From: Acaryochloris thomasi RCC1774
GTDB lineage: Bacteria > Cyanobacteriota > Cyanobacteriia > Thermosynechococcales > Thermosynechococcaceae
Direction of reading: 5' to 3'
Assembly: GCF_003231495.1 (NCBI RefSeq)
Contig: NZ_PQWO01000004.1
Coordinates: 120,001-152,000 of the forward strand
Length of the DNA stretch: 32,000 nt
In this document: positions 25,123-32,000 of the stretch, piece by piece
Numbering within the stretch: the first letter of the stretch is position 1
Layout of the letters: the number at the start of each line of letters is the position of its first letter
Program-made: the position numbers and the translations under genes
The notes under the pieces: model-generated
Seen by the model: the letters and a program-made list of their open reading frames with translations, nothing else
Told to the model about the DNA's origin: nothing
The model's database searches: none

Positions 25123-26115
25123 ATGCGTAGGAAGCTATTGCCTATTTTTCTGGGTTTGTTTCTGGCCCTCGGATGTGGCTTCATCACTCAAGCTGCGCCC
25201 AGCCTGAAATTGGGGCAGCCCATTGACTGTACTCTCGGCCAAAACTGCTTTGTTTTAATTTATCCCGATCGAGATCCGGGGCCAGACGCTGTTGATGTCG
25301 GCTGCGGCCGGATGACCTACGACGGCCATAAGGGGACAGACTTTGCCATTCCAGACGAAAGAATCATGGCTCAAGGTGTTGCCGTAAAAGCTGCAGCAGC
25401 GGGAACCGTACTCCGCATCCGCAATGATATTCCGGATCAGCGCATCAAAGACCCTGCTGATACATCTGCGGTTGAGGGCATGGAATGTGGCAACGGTGTG
25501 GTCATTGACCACGGCCAGGAGTGGGAGACTCAATATTGCCATTTACGTCAAGGCAGCGTAGCCGTCAAATCTGGAGACACCGTCGCGGAGGGAAGTGTTT
25601 TGGGCCTCGTGGGAACCTCTGGAGCGGCATCGTTCCCCCATGTTCATCTAAGCGTTCGCTACCAAGGTCAAGTGATTGATCCGTATGTGGGGCCAAATGC
25701 CGAATCGGGGTGTCAAACATCTAAGCAACCGCTCTGGAAGACTGACCTCCCCTATCAACCGACGGGATTGATCCGAGCGGGGTTTGCGCCTCAGCTCCCC
25801 GATCTCGATCAGCTATGGTCTGGAGCCTTTTCAGACTCTGCTCTCGCTGCAAATAGCCCTGCCGTTGTTTTTTGGGCGCACAGCTATGGCGTTCTCCAAG
25901 GTGATCGAGAACGTTTACAGTTGCTTGATCCAACAGGAAAGGTCGCCGCTGAGCTGGAGCGTCCGCTTTCTCAGGCTCAGCGGGTATGGGTCGCTTCTAT
26001 CGGTAAAAAGAACACCTCAACGGCTCTTCTCTCAGGTGAATGGGTCGGTCAATACCAACTCTTCCGTGACAATCAACTCTTAATCGATATTGAGAAGACC
26101 ATCCGTGTGGAATAA
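25123..26115 (+). CDS. M23 family metallopeptidase (secreted)
   Basis: Signal-like N-terminus, then the zinc motifs HKGTDFAIPD and GTSGAASFPHVHLSV. Confidence 0.85.
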   Translation: MRRKLLPIFLGLFLALGCGFITQAAPSLKLGQPIDCTLGQNCFVLIYPDRDPGPDAVDVGCGRMTYDGHKGTDFAIPDERIMAQGVAVKAAAAGTVLRIRNDIPDQRIKDPADTSAVEGMECGNGVVIDHGQEWETQYCHLRQGSVAVKSGDTVAEGSVLGLVGTSGAASFPHVHLSVRYQGQVIDPYVGPNAESGCQTSKQPLWKTDLPYQPTGLIRAGFAPQLPDLDQLWSGAFSDSALAANSPAVVFWAHSYGVLQGDRERLQLLDPTGKVAAELERPLSQAQRVWVASIGKKNTSTALLSGEWVGQYQLFRDNQLLIDIEKTIRVE

Positions 26116-26246
26116 GAAACCTGCGTTCGGCGGCAGTCAAGACGGAGATATCCTTGCATGCAAAGTTGCTGGAGAATTGGGTGGTAACCATATTGAGCTT
26201 CCGACCTCGCAGCTAACGAGATGATGCAATTTTGATGCAATTGAGG

Positions 26247-26783
26247 TCATGTTTGGGAATGCTCAATTGCGTAAATCCTGACTGGAACCTGCCCTAGAAA
26301 AATGGAGTCTTTCTCATACGTCATGCCATTTTTCTCTGCTACCCGTATGGATGCGATATTCTCTACTTCAACAATCGAGATCATCCTCTCATAACCCAAT
26401 GTTCCAAAACCATATTCTTTGACGGCTATGGCCGCTTCTGTTGCAATCCCACGCCCCCAGTAATTTGGATGCAGACGATAACCAATCTCGCCTTCATTTT
26501 GCTGATCAATGACCTGAAAATAGTAGCCACAATAACCAATGACTCTCTGCTCGTCTCTAGGAATAACAGCAAGTAACCCCGCATTTCTTGTTTCGTAGCT
26601 CTTTAAGCATCCATCAATAAATGCCCTTACTCTCTCGTGAGAATAAGGGCCACTCAACGAAAACCTCATCACGTCTGGATGACTCAGAACCTCAGCTATC
26701 TCGTCTAGATCTGTTTCACAGAATCTGCGGAGAATTAGTCGTTCTGTTTCGATGCTATTTATTGCTGTTGGGTCAGGTCCCAT
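26247..26783 (-). CDS. GNAT family N-acetyltransferase (RimJ/RimL-like)
   Basis: TERLILRRF...IGYRLHPNYWGRGIATEAA...N.ASIRVAEKNGM is the Acetyltransf_3 pattern. Confidence 0.85.
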   Translation of the reverse strand: MGPDPTAINSIETERLILRRFCETDLDEIAEVLSHPDVMRFSLSGPYSHERVRAFIDGCLKSYETRNAGLLAVIPRDEQRVIGYCGYYFQVIDQQNEGEIGYRLHPNYWGRGIATEAAIAVKEYGFGTLGYERMISIVEVENIASIRVAEKNGMTYEKDSIFLGQVPVRIYAIEHSQT

Positions 26784-26809
26784 TGGGTTATAAACATGGA
26801 GAAATAAAG

Positions 26810-27694
26810 CTAGAGCTCGGCTACAGCGCGTTCAATCAACCGACGCGACAGCGTTTGAATGCCGGTATGTTCGTAGTACTTCACCGATATATCGAGAAAC
26901 GCACCTAGATAATCGAGCTTGCTCTTCGAGCCTTCGATGAAGCCCGCTAAGCCATCCACTGCAGAGCTTTGGGTAATGCCCTTCTCGGCGACGAATTTAT
27001 CCATCCATCCTCTAGTGGACTCGAAGCTTTCAGTAATAAAGGCAAGTTTGCTCTCAGCGTTGTCTCCAGGAATCTCTTTCTTGACGCCTTTGAAAGTTTG
27101 ATTTTTTTCTAGGTCCGAGGCTCCCATCCCTTTGATGCTGGCAAGCACCTTAGAAGAGAAATCAGCACCTAAGGGAATCACGCCGTCAAAGGTCACCAGG
27201 GCCGCCATTCGCATCAATGACTCGCTACTGTAATCGCCCAAGGACTTTAAGAAGTCACCCAAGCTATCGCCAGGGATGCCGTTGATGTGGCAAAACGCCA
27301 CAACTTCAGTTACGAGCTTAATGCTGAGGTCGATGGTCTGGGCTTTTTCAGGCTTAGGCGAAATGTTCTTTAAAAAACCTAGGAAGCTATCCTGACCAAT
27401 GCGGTTGGCGAGGGCTGCGGTTCCCAGCATCCCAGAGGCAGAATCAACGGTTTGATAGAGCCATAAAGCACGTTGGTAGCCTTCGTGTTTGTCGTTAAAC
27501 AGGGTAATGGCCCGTTCTCCAATCGCCTGCACCATCGCTGGGTCAGTTTCGCCGGTCACGGTTTTAATCGTGTTGTCGAACCCGACGAGGTTATCCCATT
27601 TCCCTGGCACAAATTTGTCCAGAGACTTGAGGGCCATTACGGTGATGCCCCCCTTAGGCAGCTTATCGACTAATTCGTAAATCTTCTTGCTCAT
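26810..27694 (-). CDS. hypothetical protein (294 aa, soluble)
   Basis: A long ORF with coding-like composition. I recognise no family motif. Confidence 0.55.
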   Translation of the reverse strand: MSKKIYELVDKLPKGGITVMALKSLDKFVPGKWDNLVGFDNTIKTVTGETDPAMVQAIGERAITLFNDKHEGYQRALWLYQTVDSASGMLGTAALANRIGQDSFLGFLKNISPKPEKAQTIDLSIKLVTEVVAFCHINGIPGDSLGDFLKSLGDYSSESLMRMAALVTFDGVIPLGADFSSKVLASIKGMGASDLEKNQTFKGVKKEIPGDNAESKLAFITESFESTRGWMDKFVAEKGITQSSAVDGLAGFIEGSKSKLDYLGAFLDISVKYYEHTGIQTLSRRLIERAVAEL

Positions 27695-27776
27695 GATTGT
27701 CTCCTAAGTATCTGCCGTCAATCGTTCGAGAGTATGTGTTTTGGCCCACTGCTGTGTGACCAGAAAATGTCAGGGC

Positions 27777-28409
27777 TTAGGCTGCCGGTTGCGGCACTAG
27801 GTTGCGGTTCGGAGCGGCGTTTGGCAGGCTCGGAGCAGTTTTCGGCTGCTGTGTCGTCAATGATTTGGGAGCCTTCTTCGCCTGCGGTCCCGATACGCCC
27901 TCTAGCTTGGCGAGTCCCTTTAGATCAAATTTCTGCAGCCATGTAGACCGATCGGCCTCAGTGAACGACTGATCTCGTGATAGCACTTTGACTTGGTAGC
28001 GTCCGTTCACGAGCAGAGCAAGGGCGGTGGTGCCTTGCTTAACGCTGGGGTATCCGGCAATGGTTTCTGTGGCGCTATCGTATTTGGCGGCGGCGGCGGG
28101 CAGGCTGGCGGTGTCGTTGATGGTTAGCATGGCCAACGTGGTGCCGTCCTGATTGAGCTTGTACTGCGCAAAGCCCTTTTTCTCTTGGCTCGGAACGACT
28201 TTGTAATCTCCTTCGTCTTTCGGGAAGAACTGATTAAAGGTTCCGCCTTTCTCAGCTTGTTTGGCGACGGCGGCAGGCTTACCAAAACCGGTGGTGTCTT
28301 TTTGCACCTGTTCGTACTTATCGGGGGCTGAGGTGCTGCAGGCTGTGACGAGCAGTACGAGACAGACAAGAAGCGGTGCTAGTCGCTTTAACCAGCGAGT
28401 TAAGAACAT
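27777..28409 (-). CDS. hypothetical lipoprotein
   Basis: The signal peptide has the lipobox LLVTAC. The C-terminal tail is Pro/Ala/Gln-rich. Confidence 0.65.
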   Translation of the reverse strand: MFLTRWLKRLAPLLVCLVLLVTACSTSAPDKYEQVQKDTTGFGKPAAVAKQAEKGGTFNQFFPKDEGDYKVVPSQEKKGFAQYKLNQDGTTLAMLTINDTASLPAAAAKYDSATETIAGYPSVKQGTTALALLVNGRYQVKVLSRDQSFTEADRSTWLQKFDLKGLAKLEGVSGPQAKKAPKSLTTQQPKTAPSLPNAAPNRNLVPQPAA

Positions 28410-28539
28410 TGGGAGCCTCCAATGAGAAGTGTGGGGTAATCAGGTGCATTATCGTGGATTGGGCGAGCAAAAGGCTAGGTTCGCCTACGGAAGTTAACAC
28501 CTGCTTCAGGGCTATTCGATCTGTAGGCGATGCGCTTGT

Positions 28540-29178
28540 TCAGCTCTGCTCCCATCCTTTGCGGCACTGTCGGTAAATCCAACGTAAAGATCGCTGCGTC
28601 AGCCAGAGATATAGTCCTGTTGGTAATGTCAGTAAAAACGCAAGCCCCCAGTGTTGGGTACTAACGGCCATTAAGGTCCAGGCACCAAAGCCAAAGGCTG
28701 TTCCATAGGCGCAAAGGGTGCTTACTATTGCGATCGCAACCCCAAAAAAATATTGTCCAAGTCCTGGTTGAGGCCGATAGGCCCATTCTGCTAATGCCCC
28801 GCCCAACAGCCCCCCGAGGATGGCGCCGCCAACGGCCCAGGATATCTCTTGACTCAACTGACCTGCATGATAGAAGCCGAGGATAGCACCGGAGGCGAGG
28901 CCGCTGACGATGCCCATGAGATAGGTTTTCGAGGGTTTCAGCGTCTGGATACCTACGGCGATTCCCGCTAGAGCTAGCACTCCACCTGATAGGGGAACGA
29001 GGTGCCAGTCAGGATGGCTGGGGGCTAAGCCGAGTAAACCAAACAGGATTGTACTGATGATAGAGAATGTTAGGGATGCGATCGCAACCAGTCCCAAGCC
29101 CTGTAGTGCTGTAAACCAAACCTTGAGCTGTCTGGAATGACGATGATTCATAAACAGAGTTGAAAATGGAACAGCCAA
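28540..29178 (-). CDS. hypothetical Gly-rich integral membrane protein
   Basis: About 6 hydrophobic helices with repeated GxxxG-like segments such as GAILGGLLGGALAEW. Confidence 0.55.
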   Translation of the reverse strand: MAVPFSTLFMNHRHSRQLKVWFTALQGLGLVAIASLTFSIISTILFGLLGLAPSHPDWHLVPLSGGVLALAGIAVGIQTLKPSKTYLMGIVSGLASGAILGFYHAGQLSQEISWAVGGAILGGLLGGALAEWAYRPQPGLGQYFFGVAIAIVSTLCAYGTAFGFGAWTLMAVSTQHWGLAFLLTLPTGLYLWLTQRSLRWIYRQCRKGWEQS

Positions 29179-29247
29179 ATCACAATTAGAAGTCGATCAA
29201 ATCAGCAAGATACAGCGGTCACACATTCTCCAGGATAAGAGACAGAA

Positions 29248-30180
29248 ATGAAACATGGGCCAAAGGTGCTTCTCAAAGGACTGATGTGGATTGGGTTACT
29301 GATGCCGCTGGTAGTTTACGGCGCTGCCACCCTAAAGCGTCCGGCTCGAACCCGCATTACAAATCAACCGCTTTTTGAAGGGATTCTCTACAGCCGCCGC
29401 ATCCAGACACAGCCTCGCCCCTTGATGATTCATATTCTTGAACTTGATCTCACGGCTCCGGGACTCCGTCCCTTTGTTACCCCTAGCTTTAAAGAGGCAA
29501 ATCTCAGCGTTGATCCTAATCCAGGCAAAGAAACCCTGGCCCAACGCACCTCTACTTTTTTGCAGGAACATCAGCTTCAGCTGGCCGTTAACGCTAATTT
29601 CTTCTTCCCGTTTCGGGAAGAGACGCTGTGGAACTATGAACCCAGGCAGGGTACACCTGTCATGCTGGGTGGTCTAGCAATTTCTAATGGACAGGTTGTT
29701 TCTCCGCCTCAACTCGGTCAAACAGCCCTCTGCTTCTTATCACAGCGGGCTGAAATTGCGAGTAGCGGCGATTGCCCTGAAGGCACGGAGCAGGCGGTTG
29801 CAGGTAATACCCGACTTCTGAATGAGGGGGAACCCACCAAAGGCTTTGGGGCCGTGGTCCGCAGGAATAACACTGACCCGCCTTACCCCGTCAACATTGC
29901 GGCCCTCGATGCTAGCGGCAGTCGCCTATGGTTGATTCTGAGCGATGGTAAGCAGCCTCTCTATAGCGAAGGAATAATGCTCACAGAGGTTGTGGACTTG
30001 GTTCAGTCGTTAGGGGCCGATACTGCGATGCGGCTCGATGGTGGGGGGTCAACTACTGTTGCGATCGCAACCGACACCGGCCCTCAAACCCTAAATGCAG
30101 TGATTCATGGCAAAGTGCCGGGGCAAGAACGTCCTGTCGCTAATCACCTTGGTTTTTTTGCTGCACCGCTACAACCTTGA
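29248..30180 (+). CDS. phosphodiester glycosidase family protein (DUF2233/NAGPA-like)
   Basis: N-terminal membrane anchor, then NANFF, ...RLDGGGSTT and a PVANHLGF ending, as in the family. Confidence 0.75.
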   Translation: MKHGPKVLLKGLMWIGLLMPLVVYGAATLKRPARTRITNQPLFEGILYSRRIQTQPRPLMIHILELDLTAPGLRPFVTPSFKEANLSVDPNPGKETLAQRTSTFLQEHQLQLAVNANFFFPFREETLWNYEPRQGTPVMLGGLAISNGQVVSPPQLGQTALCFLSQRAEIASSGDCPEGTEQAVAGNTRLLNEGEPTKGFGAVVRRNNTDPPYPVNIAALDASGSRLWLILSDGKQPLYSEGIMLTEVVDLVQSLGADTAMRLDGGGSTTVAIATDTGPQTLNAVIHGKVPGQERPVANHLGFFAAPLQP

Positions 30181-30278
30181 ACACTTGTCTAAATATGCAG
30201 CACATTGGCGGAACAGCTGTGCTGAGGGAAAAGTTCCTAGCAGCATCCACTGCTGATGAGTCAATCTTTGCGCTTGAC

Positions 30279-30339
30279 TGTTCATGGGAAAGTTCCAGGA
30301 CAAGACCGACCTATCGCTAATCATCTTTGTTTTGGCTAG
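30279..30339 (+). pseudogene. duplicated 3'-end fragment of a phosphodiester glycosidase gene
   Basis: It encodes HGKVPGQDRPIANHLCFG*. By eye it is about 80 percent identical in nucleotides to 30101-30160 (HGKVPGQERPVANHLGFF), the end of the intact gene 120 bp upstream. Confidence 0.65.
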
Positions 30340-30362
30340 CTGACCTTGTCATACCTAAAGGA

Positions 30363-30390
30363 CAAATTTTATACATATGTATAAAATTTG
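30363..30390. repeat. perfect 28-bp AT-rich palindrome
   Basis: CAAATTTTATACATATGTATAAAATTTG is its own reverse complement. It lies in the convergent intergenic region. Confidence 0.9.
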
Positions 30391-30466
30391 CCTGTCGCTT
30401 CCGCCTCTGACACCTCAGAAGGAAGCGATCTCTAGGGTTCTTTCGTCTGCTCTGTGGCGTCTAGGT

Positions 30467-30979
30467 TTACCCTAGTTTCTGAACAGAACTTCCATGTAAC
30501 AAAGGCATAATGTAAGCGCCTAACCCTAGCCCAGAGACTGCTCCAAATACAGTCACAATGGGATTGCTGTAGTCCCACCAACCCAAAGCCTGGGCGCGCA
30601 GTTCAAAGGGATAAACCAAGCAGAGTAAGAGGGTTAACAGCAAGCCCAGCAAGCCATACTGATGCAGCCAGTATCGACCTTTTCCCTGATCTTTCTCAAC
30701 CCAATATCTCGTTGCCATAAGCCCCATGAGTGTGCCAAAGCAGCGCATACAGACCGCCATCAAATTGGGGGGCCACAGCGCCAAGCCCATCTCAGGCTGC
30801 GGACAAACATGATTGCCCATGAAGTAGATAATGTCGGCAATCTGCGGCAGGATTGGTAATGGAGCAGCGGCTAAAAACGGGGCTGCTAGAGGGCCGCTGA
30901 CTAAGGCTGCAAGAATAACATCAGCCGTAACGCTGCGCCAGGGGCGTTGTTTGGCAATGGGTAGGCTCGTGTTCTGCAT
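30467..30979 (-). CDS. DUF2085-like membrane protein
   Basis: Hydrophobic 170-aa protein with HVCPQ and ...CMRCFG Cys motifs, as in DUF2085. Confidence 0.65.
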   Translation of the reverse strand: MQNTSLPIAKQRPWRSVTADVILAALVSGPLAAPFLAAAPLPILPQIADIIYFMGNHVCPQPEMGLALWPPNLMAVCMRCFGTLMGLMATRYWVEKDQGKGRYWLHQYGLLGLLLTLLLCLVYPFELRAQALGWWDYSNPIVTVFGAVSGLGLGAYIMPLLHGSSVQKLG

Positions 30980-30988
30980 TTTATCTCC

Positions 30989-31684
30989 TCAAAATTCAAT
31001 CCCAGCTTGGGCTTTGACGCCCTGTTCGCGAAAGGGATGTTTCACCATTGTCATTTCAGTCACGAGATCGGCTTGCTCAATTAAAGCCTCTGGCGCGCCC
31101 CTGCCGGTCAAAATGACGTGGGACATTTCAGGCTTGCTGGTCAGTCCTTGTATAACAGCATCAGTTTCTAGGTATCCATGTTTGAGCGCTATATTCACTT
31201 CATCGAGCAAAACAAGCTGATAGTCAGGATCCTGGATATAGCTGAGGGCGGTTTGCCATGCTTTCTGGGCCTTTTGAGTGTCGCGATCGCGATCCTGAGT
31301 TTCCCAAGTAAACCCTTCGCCCATCGCATGAAACATCAACTGGTCCGGCCACTGCTCCAGAACAGCCTTCTCCGCAGGTTCCCAGGCCCCCTTAATAAAT
31401 TGAACGATCGCAACCTTGTAGCCGTGACCGAGAGATCGCAATACTATCCCCAACGCCGCTGTGGTTTTCCCCTTACCGTTGCCCGTATGGACAATCACCA
31501 GCCCCTTTTCTTTAGAGCGTTCAGCCACCCGCTGATCCTGCACTTCCTTACGCCGCCGCATCTTTTGCTGATGCTGTTCTGCCGTCAATCCCTCGGTCCG
31601 GGATTCGGTGGCGGTGGAGTCAGTCATATCACTAACGTTTGATAGGTCTGTCTTAATCTTACGTGTTTGGCAAGGCAAGGCCAA
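30989..31684 (-). CDS. cobO: cob(I)yrinic acid a,c-diamide adenosyltransferase
   Basis: GLVIVHTGNGKGKTTAALGIVLRSLGHGYKVAIVQFIKG, ...LVLLDEVN and ...HVILTGRGAP are CobO/BtuR hallmarks. The ATG at 31627 is a possible alternative start. Confidence 0.9.
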   Translation of the reverse strand: MALPCQTRKIKTDLSNVSDMTDSTATESRTEGLTAEQHQQKMRRRKEVQDQRVAERSKEKGLVIVHTGNGKGKTTAALGIVLRSLGHGYKVAIVQFIKGAWEPAEKAVLEQWPDQLMFHAMGEGFTWETQDRDRDTQKAQKAWQTALSYIQDPDYQLVLLDEVNIALKHGYLETDAVIQGLTSKPEMSHVILTGRGAPEALIEQADLVTEMTMVKHPFREQGVKAQAGIEF

Positions 31685-31806
31685 TATCTCATGTCATACC
31701 CATCCTTCCCAACGCAGATTGTGACTGCTGGCGAAGACTACATATACAACAAAGCCCCTCCCAATAATCTGAGAAAGGACTTCATTATATAAAGAAGGGA
31801 CGAGGC

Positions 31807-32000
31807 TTAAATCACCGTTGCGGTGAAGCTAGAGTCCGTCACCTCAGAATTCTCTAATGTAATTGTGACCGGCTCAACCTTCCAGATTTCTCGACAGTAA
31901 TCTTGAATAGAGCGATCGGAAGAGAATTTACCCATCCGGGCTGCATTCAGAATCGACATATGCGTCCAGCGGTCCTGGTCACGATAGGCTAAGCCCACCT
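31807..32000 (-). CDS. glgP: glycogen/starch phosphorylase, C-terminal end (5' part outside the window)
   Basis: ...[33 protein letters not shown] is the conserved GlgP C-terminus. The frame stays open to the window edge. Confidence 0.85.
   Translation of the reverse strand, partial: VGLAYRDQDRWTHMSILNAARMGKFSSDRSIQDYCREIWKVEPVTITLENSEVTDSSFTATVI

Noticed and set aside
30396-30427. Nested hairpin CGCTTCC...TCTGA-CACC-TCAGA...GGAAGCG as the terminator for the DUF2085 gene
   Set aside because: The stems are real, but on the minus strand no directly adjacent U-run follows; ACAGGCAAA intervenes before TTTT. I did not list it as a terminator feature.
31685-31806. Possible cobalamin riboswitch upstream of cobO
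   Set aside because: I could not find the conserved B12-box or the surrounding paired elements on the minus strand. The region is short and looks like a plain promoter and 5' UTR.

Overview
The window looks like a cyanobacterial chromosome. I count 22 HIP1 octamers (GCGATCGC) by eye. It also carries a Ycf49-like DUF2499/DUF3593 gene pair, CsaB, CobO and a GlgP C-terminus. Most of it is ordinary: small regulator-plus-enzyme modules (LysR; AraC with two SDRs and a CMD protein; TetR with GST and a cupin; MarR with a GNAT), envelope proteins, and divergent dinB and photolyase genes. The stand-out is a small but apparently complete integron at about 15.3-18.2 kb. It has an intact IntI-type tyrosine recombinase, an attI-like site, and two AT-rich cassettes, each closed by a 92-bp attC-like element of one shared family. 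Cassette 2 carries a translationally coupled two-gene module: a 226-aa protein (unknown N-terminal domain plus a DUF6883-like C-terminus) and an 82-aa DUF4926-like protein. This is my best candidate for an uncharacterised toxin/immunity or defence-type system. The integron sits in a 6.4-kb stretch with no HIP1 site, which also holds a processive GT2 glycosyltransferase, an IS21 IstB remnant and a GNAT/MarR pair. A nonsense-mutated dsRBD remnant lies just past the first HIP1 site at the right edge of that stretch. Other points: two tandem paralogous secreted TPR-like repeat proteins; a perfect cyanobacterial-type LexA box between dinB and the photolyase gene; and many gene remnants (alpha-carbonic anhydrase, LysR, SDR, IstB, dsRBD, glycosidase tail). 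There are also perfect palindromic operator candidates, an orphan intrinsic terminator and an unexplained 28-bp AT-rich palindrome. I saw no rRNA, tRNA or CRISPR. All family assignments rest on motif recognition by eye, not on database searches.
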